From positions 84,878,001 through 84,942,000 of the forward strand of contig NC_135806.1 in assembly GCF_964213995.1 (NCBI RefSeq): 64,000 nucleotides of DNA, in the 5' to 3' direction. Each line of letters starts with the position of its first letter. The stretch's first letter is position 1. The DNA comes from Mustelus asterias (taxonomy: Eukaryota). The notes below the pieces were generated by a model. That model worked only from the letters and a program-made list of their open reading frames with translations. It searched no databases and was not told the DNA's origin. Shown here piece by piece: positions 49,756-62,440 of this stretch. Made by a program: the position numbers and the translations under genes.

Positions 49756-50355
49756 CTATAACAGAAAAATATGTTTGACAATCAAAAGGATTTAATAGAT
49801 AAAAAATTGTTACTGGATTTGCCATTTTATTTTTCATGTCTCCCCAATATAACACGAGATGGAACTAATTTTTATGGTCATTAGACTCTCTCATATTAAT
49901 ACAATCTTCTTGAAAATTAATAGAAAAAGCCAGTTGTAAAATAAAAAATTCACAATGGCAAGAATTTTTCAGACATGGTTACTGCTGTGCTGTGATACAA
50001 CATTAGGTTTGAATATACATCGATGAACATCTGAAATTGTGCAGCATTTGGTTAAAAGGTGAGAAACTATACATCTAACTAAAAGAAGGTTTAAGGGTTT
50101 TGGTGCACAACCTTCCCCCAAGTTAAAGATAGCATTATGACCAACATGCTCAACTATTACTTGTGCCATTGTTTCCAATATATTCTCAAATTGGTAAACA
50201 GTAGCCCTATATGATCTGTTTAAGGTGCACAATGTATTTAGGAAAATTTTATATTTAAAATGGTTTTGTTTACCCAAAGTGATTTTCAGAGATTGTTTTA
50301 AGATTGTTCCGAGATTGTTTCACTGAAACTTAAGTTTAAAAACTATTATTCTTAC

Positions 50356-50433
50356 CTGCTGTAGATCTTCACTTTCTGACTTCAGTTGAGCTACCATTGC
50401 TCTCATACAGCCTTTCATAGAGCATAACGTGGC
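50356..50433 (-). CDS. APC: APC exon (classic exon 12)
   Basis: acag|GCC...CAG|gtaaga, 78 bp. Translates ATLCSMKGCMRAMVAQLKSESEDLQQ. Confidence 0.97.
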
Positions 50434-51247
50434 CTGTGAAGACGAAACAATTGCAGAAGCATCTCTGACATCAACATAATTTCATTTTTTTACAGCATGT
50501 TGCTTCAACATTTCAACCACGACAAGCGGATGCTGTAGCTGACGATCAATGCAAACAAAAGCACCAGTTGTAGGCAGGAATTTGTCACATGTGGTTTCAG
50601 AAGCTCTGCAGCAGACATCAGCCCTGCAGGTGCCAGAGGAGATCATCCCGCACAATCGACAAGAGATAACTTTATACGTGCCATTTGTGACAGACTTTGC
50701 CTTTCCAAAATCAATTTGTTCAACCATCAAAAGTACAGCAGATCTGATCTCACCAAAGTTCTAAGGCTGTAGTCCCATCACTTCTCTCAGATTCAAGGAT
50801 GCCAACTGCTTAAGCAGGATACACAGACATTTTAGCTTGCCTGTGGTTAAGAACTAAAAGTGTGGTGAATTGGTAGCACTCTTTGGTAATGGAGAATATT
50901 GCTATGCCACACAAATGAGTCACTAAGTCTTAACTGTACAGAAGGAGGCCATTCAGCCTGCTGAATCCATGCTGGTTCCTGTTCAGCATCCAGTCAGTCC
51001 CATTGCCTGGTTTATCCCCATAAGCGCTGCAAGTTTATTTCCCCTCAAGTACCCATTCAATTTCCTTTGTCTCCAAATTTCTTGTAAGCTACGAATTCCA
51101 GGTCATTATCACTCACTGCATTAAATATAGTTTTCCCTTGCATCTCTTGCCCCAAACCATAAATCAATTTGATAATCATTTTAATATAGCTACTCATTTA
51201 AGTAAAATTATTCAAAATGTGACTCTACACCAAATTAGTTCATATAA

Positions 51248-51458
51248 TGATGTGGAGATACTGGCGTTGGACTGGGGTGGGCATAGTAAGAAGTCTGACA
51301 ACACCAGGCTGAAGTCCAACAGGTTTATTTGGTAGCACGATCTTTCGGAGTGCAGCTCCTTCATCAGTTGAGTGGCCACTTACCTGATGTAAACTCCGAA
51401 AACTCGTGCTACCAAATAAACCTGTTGGACTTTAGCCTGGTGTTGTGAGACTTCTTAC
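51248..51458. mobile_element. Penelope-like inverted pLTR palindrome with a hammerhead ribozyme core
   Basis: Arms 51286-51375 and 51376-51458 are near-perfect reverse complements. Minus strand contains CTGATGA-AGGAG-CTGCA-CTCC-GAAA. Confidence 0.75.
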
Positions 51459-51484
51459 CTGTTCATATAAAGTAAAATAAAAGT

Positions 51485-52149
51485 AAAGTTTATTCATTAG
51501 TCACAAGTAGGCTTACATTAACACTGCAATGAAGTTACTGTGAAAATCTGTGAAGTTACTGTGAAAAATGGGCGGCACAGTAGCACAGTGGTCAGCACTG
51601 CTGCTTCACAGCTCCAGGGACCTGGGTTTGATTCCCGGCTTGGGTCACTGTCTGTGTGGAGTTTGCACATTCTCCTCGTGTCTGTGTGGGTTTCCTCCGG
51701 GTGCTCCGGTTTCCTCCCACAGTCCAAAGATGTGTGGGTTAGGTTGATTGGCCAAGCTAAAATTGCCCTTAGTGTCCTGGGATGCGTAGGTTAGAGGGAT
51801 TAGTGGGTAAATATGTAGGGATATGGGGGTAGGGCCTGGGTGGGATTGTGGTCGGTGCAGACTTGATGGGCCGAATGGCCTCTTTCTGTGCTGTAGGGAT
51901 TCTAAGATTCCCTAGTCGCCACATCCCGGCGCCTGTTCGGGTACACTAAGAGAGAATTTAGCATGGCCGAAGCACCTAACCAGCACATCTTTCGGACTGT
52001 GGGAGGAAACTGGAGCACCCGGAGGAAACCCACGCAGACACGGGGAGAATGTGCAGACTCCGCAAAACAGTGACCCAAGCCAGGAATCGAACCCAAGTCC
52101 CTGGCGCTGTGAGGCAGCAGTGCTAACCACTGTGCCATCATGCCGCCCA
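51485..52149 (-). mobile_element. Second V-SINE family, full length, split by an HE1 insertion
   Basis: Head at 52149, body to ~51910, tail at 51485-51548; colinear with the uninterrupted copy at 63847-64000. Confidence 0.88.
51570..51909 (+). mobile_element. HE1-type V-SINE nested in another SINE
   Basis: Near-identical to 17327-17676. Confidence 0.92.
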
Positions 52150-52329
52150 GTCTATATGTACAATACATATATTGTACTGTTTAAAATGACAGTGTAATAG
52201 AAGTAAAATGCAATTTTTTTGCAGATGCTAGAATTCCAAAACGAAGCAGAAATTGGTGGAAACAAGAAGAAAACGGACAAGTCTAGTTGAGGATGCAAAA
52301 TCTAAAAGTTTCCACAATAAATTTCCTAC

Positions 52330-52469
52330 CTTATTTGCAACATCCCCAAACGTTAAATTTGTAAGTGCCATCCCAGCATATCGCCGCAATGTAACACTGT
52401 AATGGTCATCAGTGAGTCCATACATTTCACAATCGACTTGCAACAATTCAGCTATTGCTTGTAAACCAC
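52330..52469 (-). CDS. APC: APC exon (classic exon 11)
   Basis: gcag|GT GGT...AAG|gtagga, 140 bp. Translates GGLQAIAELLQVDCEMYGLTDDHYSVTLRRYAGMALTNLTFGDVANK. Confidence 0.97.
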
Positions 52470-53119
52470 CTGCATATTCGAATAACAGTGGTTAAAACTA
52501 AACTTACTCTGTGAATAACAAGTCAAAAGCAACTCAAAATTATTATTTGAAACAGCATCCCAAAAATTAATTCCTAATTTCACAGTATGGAATTCTAGTA
52601 TAACATTTTGTTCACAAAGGAATGGATAAATAGTTTCACAAAATGTTTGCATAGTATGACAACGTTCATGCACTGATTTCTTTAAAAGCAAGTCATTTAC
52701 CTTATCAGTGCTTGTTAGGTCTTGCTGTACACAAATTCATTGCCGACATAACAATAGCGATTATAACTCAAAAAATAACTGAACCCATTTCCAACTGAAA
52801 TGTTTATACATGAATGAGAGTAATTTATTCCCTTCTATCAATGTAATAGGAACAAATCATATTAAACAATGAGATATGACACATTTTTACGAGAGACTGG
52901 CAACTAATTTGTTTGGCATTATACACTCTATTTATACGTTGAAACGTGTTCAGTAACGGCACATGTGTGTGACCAAGAAAATTATCTCCAGTTCCCAGAC
53001 AATCACTCTATTCTGAACATAGACACACAGACAAATACAAGTTCTACAAATGCACACTCTACATACACACACATTTGCCAACTTTTTCCAATATTCCCAA
53101 ACTCAAAAATACAAGAACA

Positions 53120-53985
53120 AGAACGGGATCTTGATCATTTGGGCCAGTGGGCTGACGAATGGCAGATGGAGTTTAATTTAGATAAATGCGAGGTGATGCA
53201 TTTTGGTAGATTGAACCAGGGCAGGACTTACTCAGTTAATGGTAGGGTGTTGGGGAGAGTTACAGAGCAAAGAGATCTAGGGGTACAGGTTCATAGCTCC
53301 TTGAAAGTGGAGGCACAGGTGGACAGAATGGTGAAGGCGGCATGCAGCATGCTTGGTTTCATTGGTCAGAACATTGAATGCAGGAGTTGGGACAGCTTGT
53401 TGAAGTTGTACAAGACGTGGGTAAGGCCACACTTGGAATACTGTGTACAGTTCTGGTCATCCTATTATATAAAGGATATTAAACTAGAAAGAGTGCAGAA
53501 GAGATTTACTGGGATGCTACCGGGACTTGATGGTTTGAGTTATAAGGAGAGGCTGGATAGACTGGGACGTTTTTCTCTGGAGCGTAGAAGGCTGAGGGGT
53601 GATCTTATAGAGGTCTATAAAATAATGAGGGGCATAGATCAGCTAGATAGTCAATATCTTTTCCCAAAGGTAGGAGAATCTAAGACTAGAGGGCACAGGT
53701 TTAAGATGAGAGGGAAGGGATCCAAAAGTGTCCAGAGGGGCAATTGTTTCACACAGAGGATGGTGAGTATCTGGAACAAGCTGCCAGAGGTAGTAGTAGA
53801 GGCGGATACAATTTTGTCTTTTAAAAAGCATTTAGACAGTTACATGGGTAAGATGGGTATAGAGGGATATGGGCCAAATGCGGGCAATTGGGACTAGCTT
53901 AGGGGTTTTTTAAAAAAAAGGACGGCACGGACAAGTTGGGCTGAAGGGCCTGTTTCAATGCTGTAAACCTCTATGACTCTATGTC
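53120..53985 (+). mobile_element. CR1 LINE 3' portion
   Basis: WQMEFNLDKCEVMHFG...RPHLEYCVQFW...RGDLIEVYK; tail ctctatgactctatg. Confidence 0.92.
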
Positions 53986-54329
53986 ATTCTGAAATTATGA
54001 TTTCCCACTAGTGATGGTATCTCCGAGTCTCATTTTTACATTTGCCAGCTTCTCAGTCTATACTGTGAAGAAACTCCCATGCTGCAAGCAATTCTCCTGC
54101 TCTGCTTTTCAAATTGACCCAGATTTTATATAAGTGTAAGGACAGAATGCATGACTTCAGCTTGGGAACTGAATACACCTGAATGTGGAAGTTCTAAGGA
54201 TTTCTGTTTGTCTTGTTTATTTCTGGTTTCATGATTTAAACCTCCCTGAGGCCATATGTGACAGTTGAGGTAGCTGTAATTCTTACTTAAAACCCAGGAT
54301 ACTCATTTAGATACATATGTATGTTCGAA

Positions 54330-55040
54330 TGTATGAGTTAGGAGCAGGATTAGGCCACACAGCCTTTCGAGCCTGCTCCGCCATTCAATAAGAGCATGGC
54401 TGATCTCACTGTAACTACCTGCTAACCCCAATAACCTTTCAATTCCTCATTTACCAAGACTCTAACGACCTCTACCTTGAAAGCATTCAAAGACTTGGCT
54501 TCCACTGCCTTCTGAGGAAGTGAGTTCCAAAGTTCTCTCATCTCAGTCTTAAATGGGCAACCCCTTATTTTTAAACAGTGACTACTGGTTCAAGATTCCC
54601 CCACAGGAGAAAACATCCTCTCCACATCCACCTTGTCAAGACCACTTGTGAGCTTGTATGTTTCAATCAAGTTTCCTCTTACTGTTTTAAACTACAGTGG
54701 ATATAAGTTTACCTGCCTGTCCAATCTTTCCTCATAAAATAATCCGTCTATCCCAGGTATTAGCTTAGTAAACCTTCTGTGAACTGTTTCCAATGCATTT
54801 ACAAAGTTCCTTAAATAAGGTGACCTACAAAGTACTCCAGATGTGGTCTCACCGGTATCCTATACAACTGAAATGTAAGTGCGTTCCAGATTCCCACCAC
54901 CTTCTGGGGGGGAAAACGTTCTCCTCAAATTCCTACTAAATCTGCCCTTATCTTAAATCTACAGCCCCTGGTTATTGACCCATCTACTAAAGGGAAAAGT
55001 TTCTTCCTATCTATGTCCTTCATAATTTTGTACACCCCAA
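54330..55040 (-). mobile_element. CR1 3' fragments (probably two)
   Basis: Reversed tail ggagcaggattaggcc; body like 47945-48380. Confidence 0.75.
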
Positions 55041-56475
55041 TCTCTTATATTCTATGTCTCGGCTAATAAAGGCTATTTCCTTTGTTATGCAGCTCGCTAG
55101 AACAAAGTGGCTTGTTAAGTTACTTGAGAGAGAAATTCTAGTCAACCATGTTGAGACAGGACTGAAGTCACATGTGGGCCAGACCAGAAGAACCACAGCT
55201 TACCTTACAAGGAAGGACTAAGCAGCGTAATGCTGCATGTTCTGCCTGTTTCCATCTCCTAGTTTACCTGACTTTTGTTGCTGACCCCAAATCAACCCTA
55301 CTACCTCCCTTTCTTCAATGTCTTGCCTATTCATTATATTACTGGACTGATAATAAATATAGCATGCAGCATCCTCAATATTTTGCTTTTATTATAGTAA
55401 TATAGTGGCCTGATTTAGGAATGCGTGGCCTCGTAATGCAGACAATGGGTTTAAATCATACCATTGTATTTTGTGAATTTGAATGCAGTTTTTAAAAATC
55501 TAGAAATAAAAAGCTGGCATCAATAAAATTAACCATAAAGCTGCCATTTTGATTTAAATACATTAATGCCTTTTATGGAAGGCAAATTGTCCTTCCCAGG
55601 TCTGGCCTGTATGTTACTTAGGACCAACTCAACATGGTTGACTATAACTTCCCGCTGAAGTAACTTTGCAAGCCACTTTTTGCTAAGAATGGACAATAAA
55701 TGCTGGCTATACCAGCAACTCGTGAATCAATTAAAAAAAACTCTTTCTGCCAGCGCCTACCTCTGCTTCAGCCCTCTTGACCCTATAGTTACTCTCGTTA
55801 GCCAAATCTCCTCCGATTGTATTTTCCTTAACTGGCCATTTCAATCCCCAACCTGCTACAACTCATCAACCCGAAGACAGCTGCCTAATCACATACCCAT
55901 ATTTGATCCAAATTCACAGCTGTATTGGAGTATGCCCCTCCTATCATGAAATCAAACCTATGCTGTCTTGCTATTAAGCCTTTCACACTCTTTCTTTTTA
56001 TGAAAGGTTATTCTGCATCCAACCCATGTTCACCTTGCTGACCATTCTCTCACTCTTCCCTTTATTCCTGCTCACCAATGCATAGCCTATGCTTTTTTGC
56101 TTACCTAACTTCAATGCCAACAACTACCATACAGATTTTGCCTCCAGTCACTTCTCTCAACAACACATCCTTGTCAAGCTCCTCAATATCAAGGGATAAA
56201 GACAACTCAAGAGTCACAAGTGCAACCATAGATGCTAGAAATAATTAATTTCTCATTAGGTACAAAAACTTAAATCAAGCAAATAGAACTGCCTAGATAT
56301 ATAATCTCTATATATGTTTCATTCTGTTATAGCTTACTTAGAAGTCAGTATGTGTAAGATGAAGGATTTCATGCCAAAACTCTATAGAACTCTATTCAGA
56401 ATTTAAAATTAAACTTTAAATTAAATATTTAAAAGTCTTGAATGCAGCGTAGAGAACAAAAATCTAATTCTTAAT

Positions 56476-56818
56476 ATCATAGAAATCATAGAAACCCTAC
56501 AGTGCAGAAGGAGGCCATTCGGCCCATCGAGTCTGCACCGACCACAATCCCACCCAGGCCCTACCCCCACATATTTTACCTGCTAATCCCTCTAACCTAC
56601 GCATCTCTGGACTCTAAGGGGCAATTTTTAACCTGGCCAATCAACCTAACCCGCACATCTTTGGACCGTGGGAGGAAACCGGAGCACCCGGAGGAAACCC
56701 ACGCAGACACGAGGAGAATGTGCAAACTCCACACAGACAGTGACCCGAGCCGGGAATCGAACCTGGGACCCTGGAGCTGTGAAGCAGCAGTGCTAACCAC
56801 TGTGCTACCGTGCCGCCC
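56476..56818 (-). mobile_element. Full-length HE1-type V-SINE
   Basis: Reverse copy of 17327-17676, flanked by AATAT on both sides (possible TSD). Confidence 0.92.
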
Positions 56819-58880
56819 AATATAGTTATAAGAAAACACAAAAAAAGAGATTGGTCTCTCAAAACAGCTAAATGCAAAGCTGTGAACATTACAATCTGAG
56901 AAGAGATTTTCTCAGCAATACTCAAGTTCTCTACTGCCAAGTGACTAACAGGTAACTGGATGTCCATTGAATTTGCATGACAAAGCAATATGTATGCAAA
57001 AGTGCATCAAATTTATATAATATACCACATCATTAACATGTTAAAAGGAACTATATAAATGTAAATTGTTGTTGGGTAAGGCACTCTCGTAAGGAACCTG
57101 GAGAAGCTGGGATTGGGAATGCTACGAAACCCAACATGCCATCTAAGCTTAAAAGTCTTCCTAAGTGAATTCCCATGGTTACCCAAGAGATATGCACCAA
57201 CCATATGAGGCTTTGCTGTGTCTATACTTGGGAATGGGACAGGTTAAATAGAACATGAGATGCTTTGGGATCACTGAACTAGGGGAGATATATATATAAT
57301 ATATCGGCAAAGAGTTAGGTTTCCTACATTCTAACAGAGACCACACTTTAAAGTACTTTATAGACTCATCCCAGGGTGATAAGAGACATTATATAAGTGC
57401 ATGTTCTTGGTTTTAGATTAAGTACAGGGAGTATTCATTTTGAGAATCATTGATCTCTTAAGCAGATAACCTGAATATGAGCCTGGATTTTGTCTTAAGA
57501 ATAACTGCGAGGCTAACGAGCTGAACAGCACTCACTGTTATCATGGAGTAAATCAGACAGCAACTTCACAATATATGGTTAAATGCACAAATTAGCAAAT
57601 TGCTGTCTGCTTTTCCACAAGATGTTCTCCACTAGTACCAAGCAAATATATTCGGCCATAGAAGAACACAAAGTTACTTTATTGACCCTTTAGATACCCA
57701 TTAAACATACGAGAAAAAGTCAAGGCCAATGCTTCAGGAGTGAGATTTTAAAGGTATGGTGTGTCTCAATTATTCCAAAACAGCCTCTCTGGTACTGAAA
57801 ATGTAATTTTACCAGTGCAAATCTCATTGTGCCAGGAGTTAATTGTTGTAGGGGATTTATGTTTTACTTGGCGTTTATCTCTTCCTTTCTTAATCCCACC
57901 TTTCTTTCCCTCACTTTATTTTACTTTCTGTACATGCTTGTACAGTGAATTAAATATTCCAAGCCATGCTTACATGTTTAGATTGAATATCTCCATAAGA
58001 ATTCTTCAGTCTGATTGGCTGAATTGCCACACAGTGCTTTCTTTAAATACACACGTCACATATTCCTTGTAGAGGGTGCCATGTTTGATCAGATGCCTGA
58101 TGACAGCCAGTAGTCACTCAAAAGCCACTGAAAATTCAGCCAGAAACTGTACATGTAGTGAATGGAAGTGCCATTTCTTGATTTCTGATTGCAAAATCTA
58201 AGCAATGATGGTTATGGATTTACCAGTGTCCTTAAAGAGGAACCTAGCCAGATCTTGACGGGGGCCATTTCTAATAACTTAATAGCATAACATGTTCTTC
58301 AGGCAAGGTTATGGCATTCAACAAAGTTCAATCTTAAAACAATGAATTTTAACAAAATAGATCAGATAATTGAAATGTAAAGCTGAATGTCACTTTCTTA
58401 AGAATATAAAAATGATCAGCAAAACAAGCCCAGCTACCACTTTATTATAGTATCAACAGCCAGCATGAGCAGGTCACAAAGCACAATACTTATATTTGTT
58501 ATTCTTTTAGGTTTCACCTCCTTCTACTTTCATAATGACAATTCACTCGAGCTGCAGCTTGCAAGTGTAGATGGTGGAGTTCATAGTTTTCACCATCATT
58601 CTTTACATTAACTGAAGGTGCATTTCTGTGGAACTCCTTGTTCTATTTCCTGTCTCTCTGTCCCTTCCCCACCACTGTCATTTTAGTACACCGTCACAAA
58701 ACACTCAAAATTAATATTGAAAATCAAATATATGACACTCTGATTTGGAGTCTAATAATGGAATAACACAGCATTTGTAATTCACTATTTGTTGTGGTGC
58801 AATCAATTTTTGAATACATCAAGTAGTGCAGAATATGGCACGTACACTTCAAACTAGTAGGCAAGACTGGCATTCCTTAC

Positions 58881-58976
58881 CTAGTTCATTCATTGCATGC
58901 CTGTGTTCCTCATCAAATGAAAGCTTCATAAGTACACACACCGCAGGACAGATCTGGTGTTCCACTGGAGATGGCA
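58881..58976 (-). CDS. APC: APC exon (classic exon 10)
   Basis: atag|TG CCA...CTA G|gtaagg, 96 bp. Translates PSPVEHQICPAVCVLMKLSFDEEHRHAMNEL. Upstream APC exons lie beyond the window. Confidence 0.97.
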
Positions 58977-59407
58977 CTATAGCAACATAATGCATGCATA
59001 AGCCTTAAACAAGAGGTAATTCATATTTCTATATATATTTTCCTTGTAGTGTAACTTCCTAACATAAACTCCAGAAATCACAGAAGTCAATTAAAATCAA
59101 TCTTAGCAAACAAAGACTGATCTGAAGTATTGCATCATTTTGGAACAGAAGCAAGACAGAGTTCAATATTCCGTTAACGAATAATAAGTTAATATAGTTA
59201 AAATAAATATTTTGCTTGATAAACCAGAGCTGTGCAGAGATCGATTCACATTTCTAATATATTAGATATTGGGGTTAACATTTTCCACCTACATCAGGCA
59301 GTCCATTCATTTGCACTGAGCACACAAGTGTAAAAGACCAACATTTCCAGCACTTGCACTTTCTTTCGTATCAGCATTGTTGGTGTACCAATATTTAACA
59401 ATGCTGA

Positions 59408-61609
59408 ATACAAAGAACAAAGAAAATTACAGCACAGGAACAGGCCCTTCAACCCTCCAAGCCTGCATTGACCATGCTGCCTGACTTAACTAAAACCCCC
59501 TACCCTTCGTTGGATTCTGGGGTAGTGCCGGCGGATTGGAAAACGGCTAATGTTACGCCGCTGTTTAAAAAAGGAAATAGACAAAAGGTGGGTAACTACA
59601 GGCCGGTTAGCTTAATGTCTGTAGTTGGGAAAATGCTGGAATCCATCATTAAAGAAGAAATAGCAGCCCATCTGGATAAGAATGGTTCAATTAAGCAGAC
59701 GCAGCATGGATTCATGAGGGGAAAGTCGTGCTTGACGAACTTGTTGGATTTTATGAAGATGTGACTAGTGCGGTTGACGGAGGGGAACCGGTGGATGCGG
59801 TGTTTTTGGATTTCCAAGAGGCGTTTGATAAGGTGCTTCACAAAAGGTTGCTGAAGAAGATTGGGTCACACGGAGTTGGGGGTAGGGTGTTAGCGTGGAT
59901 TGGGGACTGGCTATCTGACAGGAAGCAGAGAGTCGGAATAAATGGGTGCTTTTCTGGTTGGCAGATGGTAACTAGTGGCGTGCCGCAGGGATCGGTACTG
60001 GGGCCTCAACTATTTACCAATAATATAGACGGTCTGGAGGGGACTGAGTGTAGGGTAACAAAGTTTGCAGATGACACAAAGATAAGTGGAAAAGTGAATC
60101 GTGTGGAGGGCGTAGAAGGTCTGCAGAGAGATTTGGACAGGCTGAGTGAGTGGGCGAGGATCTGGCAGATGGAGTATAACGTTGACAAATGCGAGGTTAT
60201 TCACTTTGGAAGAAATAATAGCAAATTGGATTATTATCTAAATGGAAAGAAATTACAACATGCTGCTGTGCAGAGGGACCTGGGGGTCCTTGTGCATGAG
60301 ACGCAAAAACCCAGTCTGCAGGTGCAACAGGTGATCAAGAAGGTAAATGGGATCAAGAAGGCAAATGGGATGTTGGCCTATATCGCAAGGGGGATAGAAT
60401 ATAAAAGCAGAGATGTCTTGCTGCATCTGTACAGGGCATTGGTGAGGCCGCAGCTGGAATACTGTGTGCAGTATTGGTCCCCTTATTTGCGGAAGGATAT
60501 ATTGGCCTTGGAGGGAGTGCAAAGAAGGTTCACCAGGTTGATACCAGAGATGAGGGGTGTTGATTATGAGGAGAGACTGAGCAGATTGGGTTTGTATTCG
60601 TTGGAATTTAGAAGGCTGAGGGGGCATCTTATAGAGACCTATAAGATAATGAAGGGGCTGGATAGGGTAGAGATGGAGAGATCCCTTCCACTTACAAAGG
60701 AAACTAGAACTAGAGGGCACAGCCTCAACATAAAGGGGGGTCAGTTTAGGACAGAGTTGAGGAGGAACTTCTTCTCTCAGAGGGTGGTGAATCTCTGGAA
60801 TTCTCTGCCATCTGAAGTGGTGGAGGCTACCTCGTTGAATATGTTTAAATCACGGATAGATGGATTCCTGATCGGTAAGGGAATTAGTGGTTATAGGGAT
60901 CAGGCGGGTAAGTGGAACTGATCCACTTCAGATCAGCCATGATCTTATTGAATGGCGGGGCAGGCTCGAGGGGCTAGATGGCCTACTCCTGCTCCTAGTT
61001 CTTATGTTCTTCCGGGGACCATATCTCTCTATTCCCATCCTATTCATGTACTTGTCAAGACGCCCCTTAAAAGTCACTACCGTACCCGCTTCCACTACCT
61101 CCCCCAGCAACGAGTTCCAGGCACCCACCACTCTCTGCGTAAAAATTCTACTTTGTACATCTCCTTTAAACCTTGGCCCTCGCACCTTATACCTATGCCC
61201 CCTAGTAATTGACTCTTCCACCCTGGGATAAAGCTTCTGACTATCCACTCTGTCCATGCCGCTCATAACCTTGTAGACTTCTATCAGGTCTCCCTTCAAC
61301 CTCCGTCGCTCCAGTGAGAACAAACCAAATTTCTCCAACCTCTCCTCATAGCTAATGTCCTCCATACCAGGCAACATCCTGGTAAATCTTTTCTGTACCC
61401 TCTCCAAAGCTTCACATCCTTCTGGTAGTGTGGCGACCAGAATTGAACACGATATTCCAAATGCGGTCTAACTAAGGTTCTACAAAGCTGCAACATGACT
61501 TGCCAATTTTTAAATTCAATACCCCGGCTGATGAAGGCAAGCATGCCGTATGCCTTCTTGACTGCCTTCTCCACCTGCATTGCCACTTTCAGTGATCACT
61601 TTCAGTGAT
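59408..61609 (-). mobile_element. CR1 3' end split by a plus-strand CR1
   Basis: Tail at 59408-59508 continues exactly at 61009 (compare the intact ctcttccggggacc at ~12063). Confidence 0.9.
59509..61008 (+). mobile_element. CR1 LINE RT region, nested antisense
   Basis: ORFs 59468-59764 and 59728-60921 (one frameshift) with FADD; tail gttcttatgtt. Confidence 0.93.
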
Positions 61610-62440
61610 GGAATTGAATTAATGGCTTATGAGGATGAAAAGATTAAAAGAAATGTCCTCTTTGTGTTGTAACAGTTTACCATTCTTAAAAAAAACAAAT
61701 TAAATGAACATATATGGTAATATTCAACTGAAGTGCTAACTATATAGTGCAAAAAATTAATTATAGGTTCAATTGTGCAAATGCATAAGAGAATCAAGCA
61801 TGTCACAAATACTTAACATACTACATGATAATTAGATGGAAATAAATATATTTACACAATTTTGCCAGATATGCCCTATTTAACATATAAATAACCACCA
61901 AGAGTAGCCACCTGTCTGTCAAGGTTAATTTAAATGATTGGTTTGTGAACACAGGTGTAAAACCAGAATTCCTCTATGGTGCGGATGGCATATTCAACAG
62001 CACATTCAACATGCATTCGTTAAAAGAGAATTCTCACCTTCCCACTGATGATTAAAACAAATATAGAAAAATACCAGCTATCTGGATCAGGAGGAGCCCT
62101 CTCCATGGTTTGAGAGCTTGCAAAATACTGTTTTCTACGAGCAATATACAAGGGGATACTATACTCATGAATTAACAGCTCTATTCCTAAATTTAGGGTT
62201 GGTGAAAGATTCTGATTGTCTGTACTTAGTAATGATGCCACCACTAATTAGACTGCAGACCCCTAATGACCACATTGGGCCCTCAAGTACTGGAGTTTTG
62301 CTATTTGTAGGTTTATTTTCATTGTAGAGGTTAACATTCAGGCATTAGGGCCTGGGCTTTTTTGTATCGCATTTTATTCTGTGACGAAGAGGTTTCAGCT
62401 CTGCTGATTGGGATGTTGTTGCATTAACAAACGTGTGTGT

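Noticed and set aside
52965-53120. Unique N-terminal extension on the 310-aa CR1 ORF
   Set aside because: Chance open frame in flanking intron upstream of a 5'-truncated LINE; GTG start.
52470-58880. Search for the alternative 54-bp APC exon 10A known from mammals
   Set aside because: No segment with convincing splice sites and similarity. Candidates near 57098-57142 and 58224-58270 have weak donors or are not frame-preserving.
62075-62134. Possible 60-bp in-frame APC cassette exon (tag|AAAACAG...GCTG|gtattt)
   Set aside because: Frame-preserving, but with a weak pyrimidine tract and no homology I recognise; needs RNA-seq.
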